Shown: one piece after another, positions 9,564 through 19,200 of the stretch | How positions within the stretch are numbered: the first letter of the stretch is position 1 | Layout: each line of letters starts with the position of its first letter | From: a virus | Length of the DNA: 64,000 nucleotides | Virus record (IMG/VR): IMGVR_UViG_3300008116_000011 | Location: 1 to 64,000 of that record | Direction: 5' to 3' (one strand) | Position numbers and translations under genes: made by a program | The notes under the pieces: generated by a model | The model's database searches: none | The model's input: only the letters and a program-made list of their open reading frames with translations | Told to the model about the DNA's origin: nothing

Positions 9564-10513
9564 GCTAATTCTAATTTTTTACTTACAAGGGTAGAAAAAG
9601 TAAGAGGAGGAGTAGCTTCGATGTTCTCTAGGAAGCGCTCGAAGCCAATTTCGTTTGCATCTTTTCCTCCTAACTCTACCAAATATACTTCTTTACCAAA
9701 CGACAATAACCTTTCACAATGTTTAATTGCTTCTTTTAAAGCATCATTATCTAGAGCAATGTACACTTTTTGTACTTGGGAGCCAACTATTTTCTTCATT
9801 AGTGCTTCTGAAATTGTTTTTCCTAGAAGCGGAATAACGTTACGTTTAATAGTTAGAGCATCAAAAATACCTTCTACAAGGATAATAGGTGCATTCCAAT
9901 TAATGTAATATTCCCACGTAATGATGTTTCTGTCAACTGCTGGATTTTTATATTTTTGTGGGTCGTCTGAGAGATAGGTACGTGATGAGAAGAAGTTTAG
10001 AATACCATTTTCATCATATGATGGAACAACAATACGTTTTGCAAAATTACCCTCAGCACAAAAACCGATATTATATTTTATAATGTCGTTTTCAGTAATA
10101 CCACGTTGTTTAAGAAACTTAAGGGCATGTCGTGCTTCGATTTGTGTAATTTTATCTAGACTGGATGTGGTGGTTAGAGAAATAAATTCTTTAGGGAGTG
10201 AAAGATTATGAATTTGATTTTCTTGCTTCTTTCCAGGCTTAATAAGGGAATTAAGTTCGGCAATTTTATGAGATGGTGCCTTTATTTTTTTAAATAAGGA
10301 AGAAAGTGTCTTACCCTTTTCACCGCATACCCAACAGTGCCAAGGATTTTCCTTTTTTTCATTTGTGTGAACCTGAATTTCTAACTTGGTTTTGGAGTGG
10401 TGGCAAAAAGGACAACTAAATGCCATGTTGTTGCGAGCGGTTGAACGTCCTTTACCTATAACAGACTCTACCAATACCACCAACATTTTCTCCCTTATTC
10501 CCTCTTCATTCAT
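9560..10513 (-). CDS. DNA primase (DnaG-like, Zn finger + TOPRIM)
   Basis: CPFC...HCWVC; KYKNP; LVEGIFD; ALDND; KDANE. Confidence 0.9.
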   Translation of the reverse strand: MNEEGIREKMLVVLVESVIGKGRSTARNNMAFSCPFCHHSKTKLEIQVHTNEKKENPWHCWVCGEKGKTLSSLFKKIKAPSHKIAELNSLIKPGKKQENQIHNLSLPKEFISLTTTSSLDKITQIEARHALKFLKQRGITENDIIKYNIGFCAEGNFAKRIVVPSYDENGILNFFSSRTYLSDDPQKYKNPAVDRNIITWEYYINWNAPIILVEGIFDALTIKRNVIPLLGKTISEALMKKIVGSQVQKVYIALDNDALKEAIKHCERLLSFGKEVYLVELGGKDANEIGFERFLENIEATPPLTFSTLVSKKLELA

Positions 10514-10555
10514 AACTTTTTAAACCTCCTGTAGGGTAAAGCTAATGGGGATTTC

Positions 10556-10987
10556 TTAGGTTTCCAAATCTCTAGTAAAAAACTTACCTAATATATTGTC
10601 GTTGTATGATCTGTTTTTACCTATTAATACTTCTTCTTTGCACTGGTAATGCATTTCGTAATAGGTTAGTTCTTTTTTAGTGCGACATTGCTTAAGAATC
10701 CAGCAATCAAAATTATCTTCTCCGTATTGTTTAATATCTGCGAGTAGTTGTTTATTTGATCCCCAATATTTCATCCAGTCACTTTCAGTACGAATTACTT
10801 CATGAGTTGGTTTACGCCCTGGTCCTGATTGTTCAGCGAGTTGTTTTTTGGTAAGTTTATGTTTTTTGTTATTCCAAAACACTTTTTTCCCAATGTAAAA
10901 CTTTCCTGTTTTTAAGTTAATTATTTTATAAACAAATCCAAAATATTTTTCTGGGTTTACTATATCCCAACTTTTCCATTTATGCAT
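10556..10987 (-). CDS. GIY-YIG family nuclease-like protein
   Basis: GFVYKI...FYIGKK, YWGS, YNDNI. Confidence 0.7.
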   Translation of the reverse strand: MHKWKSWDIVNPEKYFGFVYKIINLKTGKFYIGKKVFWNNKKHKLTKKQLAEQSGPGRKPTHEVIRTESDWMKYWGSNKQLLADIKQYGEDNFDCWILKQCRTKKELTYYEMHYQCKEEVLIGKNRSYNDNILGKFFTRDLET

Positions 10988-10991
10988 AAAC

Positions 10992-11573
10992 TTATTTTAA
11001 AGTTATAACATTCCAATTATTTTCTTTACTTTGAGTAGCTCCTGAATTTTGTTTTTTTATATAAGCTAAATATAAATTTTCTCTTTGAGACCCATTATCA
11101 CTAGTTTCTGTATCTTGTTGTACTGGAGGATTATCTTCTGGTTTAAAACTTTTATTAGGTTTTATTTTATTAGTAGTTTTAATTTTTTGAGCAGGAACAA
11201 ATAATAAATATTTAATATTCTTATTATTATCCAATACAGATTTAATTGATTTAGATACCGTTCCCATTATCCTAAATAAATATCCTTTATTAAGTACAGG
11301 AAAAAGCCATTGATTTCCTTCAACAACACCAAATGATACAGCGGCTGCATTTACTGATTTACTTAAATCGAATCTAGGTTTAGTAACATTATCGCTTGGT
11401 TGAGACACAATATCATCTTTATCACCTAATTGTATAGCTACCCAAAAATTATCAATAGGAAAATCAGGATCATTTATTTTAAACCAAATATTTTTTCCTT
11501 GTTGAATTTCCTCCGTGTTATAATATTTGGAACCTTCACCAATTTCTAATAATATATCAATTAATTTTATCAT
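10992..11573 (-). CDS. Hypothetical protein with MIKLIDILLEIGE leader
   Basis: ATG at 11573; shared leader. Confidence 0.6.
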   Translation of the reverse strand: MIKLIDILLEIGEGSKYYNTEEIQQGKNIWFKINDPDFPIDNFWVAIQLGDKDDIVSQPSDNVTKPRFDLSKSVNAAAVSFGVVEGNQWLFPVLNKGYLFRIMGTVSKSIKSVLDNNKNIKYLLFVPAQKIKTTNKIKPNKSFKPEDNPPVQQDTETSDNGSQRENLYLAYIKKQNSGATQSKENNWNVITLK

Positions 11574-11574
11574 A

Positions 11575-11913
11575 TTATTTATCATATCTAACGACAAATG
11601 TCATATCTGTGTTTTGAGAAATAGGAATAGGTTGTGCAAATTTAGCTACAGCTAATAAATCATTTTGTTCATTGTATAAACCAACTGTTGTAACATATGG
11701 TTCAAAGTATGATGCTGTTGCAAAATCTTTTAATTGAGGTAAAGGTGAATTTAATGATTGACTATAAAAATTACTACCACTAAAGAAATTATTTTTTAGT
11801 AATGTTGGGTTATATGAAGCATTAAACTCGTTATCTTTAACGTGGCAAATAACATTTTGTTGATATATTGTTACTTGGTTTTGAAAAGATAAACTAAGGC
11901 TAGATATAGGCAT
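11575..11913 (-). CDS. Tail/baseplate structural domain (tail-collar-like), paralogous to the C-terminus of 21556-22581
   Basis: YVTTVGLYNEQNDLLAVAK vs FITTVGLYNDQNELLAVAK. Confidence 0.7.
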   Translation of the reverse strand: MPISSLSLSFQNQVTIYQQNVICHVKDNEFNASYNPTLLKNNFFSGSNFYSQSLNSPLPQLKDFATASYFEPYVTTVGLYNEQNDLLAVAKFAQPIPISQNTDMTFVVRYDK

Positions 11914-11930
11914 AAGTTAGTAATTTATAA

Positions 11931-12590
11931 TTAAACTTGAACACAATCACTACCTCCACATCCTGATCTACCATACACTGTAGGCAAATCATTACTATTA
12001 GGAGATGCTGTTATACTAGTTATTTGATAACAAGCATTATTAAAAGGATTATCTGTAAATGAAACAATATCATTTAAAGCTAATGCTAATATACTTCTAT
12101 AATCAGTTCCTGCACCTCCACTACATGGTGTAAGAGTATAGTAATTATAAGATGAAGGAGAAGATGGTGTTATTGAAGGAGTTATAGTAGGAGTAGGGGT
12201 AATTGTTCTTGTTGGTGTAATAGAAATTGATGGAGTAATAGATACAGTAACTGTAGGACTAATAGTAGGTGTTATAGTAATTGTAGGCGTTATAGAAGGT
12301 ACAATACTAAGTGTTGGAGTAATAGTAGGTGTAATAGTAGGTGTTGGAGCCATAGACACTGGAGGTGTAGGGAATATTACTTGTACTTCATTAGAACACC
12401 CATATGCATTATTATATACAACTATAGATGATGAAGGTACATTATCAGGTAATTCAACAGATATACCTGCTTGTAATTGGACTAAACTTACATCTGATTG
12501 ATATAAGGTTTCTCCACTGCTACCTGATAAATAAACATCAAAAGGTCCAGGAGCTTTACCTCCTGTAAGTTGTAAAAAATATTGTCTCAT
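11931..12590 (-). CDS. Small virion-surface protein with TP-repeat linker and Cys-rich C-terminus
   Basis: TPTITPS repeats; GPFDVY N-terminal motif. Confidence 0.65.
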   Translation of the reverse strand: MRQYFLQLTGGKAPGPFDVYLSGSSGETLYQSDVSLVQLQAGISVELPDNVPSSSIVVYNNAYGCSNEVQVIFPTPPVSMAPTPTITPTITPTLSIVPSITPTITITPTISPTVTVSITPSISITPTRTITPTPTITPSITPSSPSSYNYYTLTPCSGGAGTDYRSILALALNDIVSFTDNPFNNACYQITSITASPNSNDLPTVYGRSGCGGSDCVQV

Positions 12591-12602
12591 ACGATATAAA
12601 TA

Positions 12603-13235
12603 TTATTTTTCTAAATATTTAACATAATTAATACCATCAAATATATTCCAATATACTTTATAGTACCCCTTATAAATTAAATCATTATATAAATTTTCAG
12701 TAAATATATCATCGTATATATGAGGAGGAGCAATATTATCTTCTATATTAGCCTTATCAGGAGACATATCAAAAATATATCCTTGTGCCGAAACTATAGT
12801 TCCTTTTTTACATAAGGGTTTACATAAGTCATAAAAAAGAGCATGTTGAACTAATGATGAACTATAATATATTCCGTCATATTTAGTTGTTAAAGTAGGA
12901 ACAACTTCTTCCCAAGCACCGTTTATAATAGTTACATTTGATTTATCTTTAGCCCATTCTAAAGCATGTTGATATATAATATCATTTATTTCTATACAGG
13001 TAAGAGATTCAACTCCTAATTCTATAAATTTATTGCTACTACATCCTAAACCATATCCAATTTCTAAAATGTGTCCTTTATTTTGAGCTACAATTTCAAC
13101 GTGTTTTTCTTCTAAATTTTTAAATGATACGTGAGCTAAAGGAACATTATTAGATCCATCTTCGTTAGTATAAAATATACAATTTGTAGTATAATTTACT
13201 TTATTATACTTAAAAGAATTATTATCAAAACTCAT
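12603..13235 (-). CDS. Class I SAM-dependent methyltransferase (GAMT/RMT2-like)
   Basis: ILEIGYGLG, IEIND, GAWEEV, YDGIY. Confidence 0.75.
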   Translation of the reverse strand: MSFDNNSFKYNKVNYTTNCIFYTNEDGSNNVPLAHVSFKNLEEKHVEIVAQNKGHILEIGYGLGCSSNKFIELGVESLTCIEINDIIYQHALEWAKDKSNVTIINGAWEEVVPTLTTKYDGIYYSSSLVQHALFYDLCKPLCKKGTIVSAQGYIFDMSPDKANIEDNIAPPHIYDDIFTENLYNDLIYKGYYKVYWNIFDGINYVKYLEK

Positions 13236-13254
13236 TAGTTATTAATTAATATAA

Positions 13255-16200
13255 TTAAAGACATCCTGCATCTGAACAATCTGTATCTATAGGTGTAAAT
13301 AGTTCTCCTGTTAAGAAGCTTGGAGAAGCTGCTGAAATTACTTCGAAACATCCTCCTATTGTACCTCTATAGTAGCTAAATCTATTTAAAGCATTAACTG
13401 ATATAACAGTACCAGTGTTACCTTCACAATATAGGACCCCATGTGAATATGTTACAACCGGAGTAGATGTTACAGAGCGTGTTGGTGTTAAAGTTGGTGT
13501 AATTGAAGGAGATGGGCTTCGTGTTGCCGTTATAGAAGGAACAGGTACAGGACAATTTAAAGTATAATACCATACTGTGGTAGACATAGGAGCATACACA
13601 TCAACTTGAGCAACAGTTGTAGATGTAGTCTTAATAAAAGAAGTAGATCCAGCAGCACTTCTAACAGTAGGATATCCATCTGAATCAACGTCATATGCGT
13701 TAATATTAGGATATGTTAGTCCTGTAACAGGATCTATTTTACCTGTTAAACTATTTGTAAATGAACTACGATCAGAATTACCAATTCTATAACTATTAGC
13801 ACCTCTATATCCAGCATATATTACAATATTACCATCAAATCTAACTAAAAATAAATCAGGAACAGAATCAGCATCAAAATCTAATACAACCTCTCCACCA
13901 TCAGTTCCTAAACTTACAGTTTTTGAACTTGGGTATGCTGATCCACCACTAAATGATTGAGCCTGGCTACATAATGCTACGGAAGGTGAAGGTGTAATTG
14001 TTCTTGTTAATGTTGGTGTCGGTGTAATTGTTCTAGTTACAGAAACAGTAAGTGTAGGTGTTGGTGATGCCGTAGGGAAATTGAAATCACAAGTTCCATA
14101 AGTTACAGTAAATGTTTGAGTTCCGGTTATACTACCATACTTAAGATAGAAAAATCCAAGTTCTGAGCTGCAAGGAAGTGATAGATTTGCTGATACTTCT
14201 AATGATGTATTATATGTGTTGCCATAGCAATCTTGATAGCTTATATTATTAGTAGTAGGGCCTGTATTAGTAATTGTACCTCCACAGAAACAAGGACATG
14301 GTGAAGTTGTAGGTGTAACTGATGGGGTTCTAGATGGTGTAATTGTTGGTGGCAATGATGTTGACGGTGTTATTGATGGTGTAACTGATGTAGTTCTAGA
14401 TGGTGTAATTGTTGGTGGCAATGACGGTGATGGTGTGATTGATGGTGTAATTGACGTAGATGCAGATGGTGTAATTGTTGGTGGCAATGACGGCGATGGA
14501 GTAATACTTGGACTAGCTGTTATACTAGGTGTAATTGTTGTACTAGGTGTAATAGTTGGCGTTATAGTACTAGAAGGGGTAATACTAGGAGTAGCTGTTA
14601 TACTAGGTGTAATAGTAGATGATGGAGTAATTGTCCTTGTAGGTGTTAAAGTAGGTGTAATTGTTCTAGATGGAGTAACAGTTAATGTTGATGTAGGAGT
14701 AGGATCAGGACAATTACCTTCAGTTACTGTAACAGGAGGAGAACCATTCCAATTAGTAACTAACCAAGGATATAGCACATTATCCGCTGAGCTATAGAAG
14801 GTAACAGCACTATTGGTATCATAAAGTCTCCATCCCGGGTTACCGATTCCAAATAAATTTAAATCCCAATATAATTGAAATGAAAATAATCCACCACCAT
14901 ATGAACGACTATAGAATGGTCTACCATTAACAATATTTTGAAAAGTATATGTTCCCTCTCCATTAGTTAAACCAGTTCCTGTAACGCATGCATTACTATT
15001 AATCCATACACTTATAGTAGGAGTAGGAGTTGGTGTAATTGTTTTTGTTGGTGTTCTTGTTGGTGTAATTGTTATAGATGGAGTTATAGTTAATGTAGGG
15101 GTAAGTGTTGGTGTAATTGTAAGTGTTGGGGTAGGGCTTGCTTCTGGACATGCATCTTTAGCAACAGTAGGTGCCGGGCTTGCTCCAGAACCATTCAAAG
15201 TCCATGTATTTTCCCATACTTGTCTTGAAGCAGGAGCTGCAAAAGCATCAGTAGTGTACAGTATTTGAAGTATATTAAAATCATATAACTCCCACAGTGT
15301 ATTAGCTAAACTATATCTTATTTGTATATTAGCATCACCTATTTTATCATATCTTGGAGCTCCATTAACAAATCCATTAACTGTATATGTTCCATTTGCT
15401 TGAGATGATCCAGCTCCAGTAACACATATAGAACTTAAATCATAAGATGATGGACTAGGAGTAGTAGTAACAGTTGGTGTTCTTGTTACAGTAGGTGTTC
15501 TAGTAGCTGATCTTGTTGGTGTTCTTGTTGGTGTAATTGTTCTTGATGGTGTTCTTGTTATAGTTGGAGTAATACTAGGAGTAATAGTTGTTGTTGGTGT
15601 AATAGTTGCTGTTGGTGTTACAGAAGCAGTTCTTGTTACTGTAGGAGTAATAGTGGAACTTGGTGTAACGGTAGATGATGGAGTAATAGTTGGAGTAACT
15701 GATGTTGTTGGTGTGATAGTTGGAGTATCAGTAATAGTTGGAGTAATAGTTCTTGTTGGAGTAATTGTCGGTGTAATAGTAGCTGAAGGAGTTATAGTTA
15801 AACTAGGTGTTACAGTTGGTGATGCTGTTATACTAGGTGTAATTGTAGAAGAAGGAGTTATTGTAGCAGTTGCTGTTATAGTTGCTGTTGGTGTAATTGT
15901 CGGTGTAATAGTTGCTGTAGGTGTAACTGTAAGTGTAACAGTTACTGTAGGTGTAATAGTCCGAGTAGGAGTAATACTTGGGCTAGCTGTAATACTTGGT
16001 GTAATAGTTCGAGTAGGGGTTACAGTTGGAGAAGCAGTTATACTAGGTGTAATAGTAGCACTTGGTGTAATAGTAACACTTGGCGTAATAGTAGCTGTTG
16101 CTGTAATTGAAGGTGTAATTGTAACAGAAGGTGTAATGGTTGAACTAGGAGTTACTGTTGGTGAAGCAGTAATACTAGGCGTTATTGTTACACTTGGAGT

Positions 16201-19200
16201 AATTGTTCTAGTAGGTGTTATAGATGGACTAGCTGTAATTGAAGGAGTAACAGTTACAGATGGAGTAAGTGTTACTGTTGGAGTAATTGATGGACTAGCT
16301 GTAATTGATGGAGTTATTGTTACACTTGGAGTAACTGTCCGAGTTGGTGTTATAGAAGGTGTTATAGTAACAGATGGTGTAATTGTTGAACTTGGAGTAA
16401 CAGTTGGAGAAGCAGTTATACTTGGTGTAATAGTAACTGAAGGAGTTATTGTTGCACTTGGAGTTATAGTCCTAGTTGGAGTAATAGTTGGAGTAATAGT
16501 AGCACTTGGAGTAACAGTAACAGTTGGTGTTATACTTGATGTAGGTGTAATAGTTGGAGTAATAGTAGCACTTGGAGTTATAGTAGATGATGGAGTAATT
16601 GATGGAGTTATAGTAACCGAAGGAGTTACAGTAACACTAGGCGTTATAGTAGCTGTTGGTGTAATACTTGGTGTTACAGTAACACTAGGCGTTATAGTCC
16701 TAGAAGGTGTAATTGTCCGAGTTGGAGTAATACTTGCTGTAGCAGTAATACTAGGTGTAACAGTAACAGAAGGTGTAATTGTAGATGATGGAGTAATTGA
16801 TGGAGTTATAGTAACCGAAGGAGTTACAGTAACACTAGGAGTAATTGTAGATGTTGGTGTAATTGAAGGAGTAATTGTAGCACTAGGAGTAATTGTCCTT
16901 GTTGGTGTTATAGTTGGTGTAGGAGTTATACTAGAAGTTGGAGTAATTGTAGGAGTAACAGTAGCACTAGGAGTAATAGTATTAGTAGGTGTAATTGTAG
17001 GAGTAACTGTTGCACTTGGTGTTACAGTTGCACTCGGAGTAATTGTCCGAGTTGGAGTAATACTAGCTGTTACACTAGGAGTTACTGTAGAAGTAGGTGT
17101 TAATGTTGGAGATACTGTAGCTGTAATACTAGGTGTAATACTTGGAGTTACAGTAGGTGTTACAGTAACACTAGGAGTTACTGTAGTAGTTGCTGTTATA
17201 GTTGGTGTTATACTAATACTAGGCGTTACAGTAGGAGTAACACTAAGTGATAAGAAAGGAGTTAATGTCGGAGTATGAGTAGGTGTTATACTAGGTGTAA
17301 TACTTGGAGTAACTGTAATAGTTGGTGTAATACTCGGAGTAATTGTTACACTAGGTGTAACAGTAGATGATGGTGTTATAGTAACACTTGGTGTTACAGT
17401 TAATGTAGGTGTAATTGTTCTAGTAGGAGTAATACTAGGAGTTATAGTAACACTTGGCGTTACAGTAGTACTAGGGGTAACTGTTCTACTAGGAGTAATT
17501 GTAGGAGTAACAGTAGCACTAGGAGTAATAGTATTAGTAGGTGTAATTGAAGGTGTAATTGTAGCTGAAGGAGTTATAGTAGCAGTTGGAGTAAGTGTAG
17601 CTGAAGGAGTTAATGTTGGAGTAACAGTTACAGACGGAGTAACCGTACTAGATGGCGTTATTGATGGGGTAACAGTAACACTAGGTGTAACTGTTCTACT
17701 AGGAGTAATTGTAGGAGTAATTGTTGCACTTGGCGTCACAGTAATACTAGGCGTTATAGTTGATGTTGGTGTAATTGAAGGAGTGATAGTAGGTGATGGA
17801 GTTACAGTTACACTAGGGGTAACAGTTACACTAGGTGTAACAGTACTAGAAGGTGTAATTGTCCTTGTAGGTGTAATTGATGGTGTAATAGTAACAGAAG
17901 GTGTTATTGTAGCTGATGGAGTAACTGTGTTACTAGGTGTAATTGTAGGTGTTATAGTAGCACTTGGAGTTACAGTAGATGATGGAGTAATTGTATTAGT
18001 AGGTGTTATACTTGGTGTTATAGTAACACTAGGAGTAATTGTTGCACTAGGTGTAATTGTCCTTGTAGGTGTAATCGATGGAGTTATTGTTACACTTGGT
18101 GTTACAGTTGCTGTTGAAGTAATTGAGGGTGTAATTGTAACAGTAGGAGTAACTGTTGCACTCGGAGTAATTGTAACAGTAGGAGTAATACTAGGAGTAA
18201 CAGTTGCACTTGGTGTTACAGTAACACTTGGAGTAACAGTAGCACTTGGCGTAATAGTATTAGTTGGTGTTATAGTAGGAGTAACTGTTGCACTCGGAGT
18301 AATTGTTACAGTAGGTGTAATACTTGCTGTTGGTGTAATACTTGGAGTAATAGTAACACTAGGTGTAACTGTAGCACTTGGTGTTATACTCGGAGTAATT
18401 GTTACACTAGGAGTAACAGTAGCACTTGGAGTAATAGTATTACTAGGAGTAATTGTAGGAGTAACAGTTGCACTCGGAGTAATTGTTACAGTTGGAGTAA
18501 TTGTAGCTGAAGGAGTTAATGTTGGAGTAACAGTTACAGACGGAGTAACAGTAGCACTTGGTGTAATAGTAGCGGTTGCTGTAATAGATGGTGTTATAGT
18601 TGCACTTGGTGTTACAGTTACACTAGGTGTTACAGTAGCGGTTGCTGTAATAGATGGTGTAGTAGTAACACTTGGGGTAGCTGTTATACTAGGAGTAATA
18701 GTAACACTAGGAGTAACAGTAGCACTAGGAGTAATTGTTGCACTAGGTGTTACAGTTACAGATGGAGTAACAGTAGAAGTAACAGTTGCAGATGGAGTAA
18801 CAGTAGCACTAGGAGTAACTGTTGCACTAGGTGTTACTGTAGAAGTTGGTGTTATGCTTGGTGTAACAGTATTACTAGGTGTTATACTTGGGCTAATACT
18901 AATACTTGGTGTAATAGAAGGAGTTACACTAAATGATAAAAAAGGAGTTAATGTTGGAGTATGAGTAGGTGTTATACTTGGACTGATACTAGTACTTGGA
19001 GTAATAGTAGGAGTAGGAGTAATAGAAGTTGTTCTAGTAATTGTAGGAGTAACAGTTACTGTAGGAGTAAATGTTGTTGATGGTGTAATACTTGGAGTAG
19101 CAGTTATAGAAGGTGTTACTGTAGGAGTTTCAGTTACAGATGGTGTAATTGTAACAGTAGGAGTAATTGTTGCTGATGGAGTAACTGTACTGCTTGGAGT

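Noticed and set aside
258-9908. Short plus-strand ORFs overlapping minus-strand genes (also many later in the window)
   Set aside because: Antisense to well-supported genes, no motifs, mostly non-ATG starts
10556-10987. Intron-encoded homing endonuclease
   Set aside because: Flanking genes appear intact and no intron structure is visible
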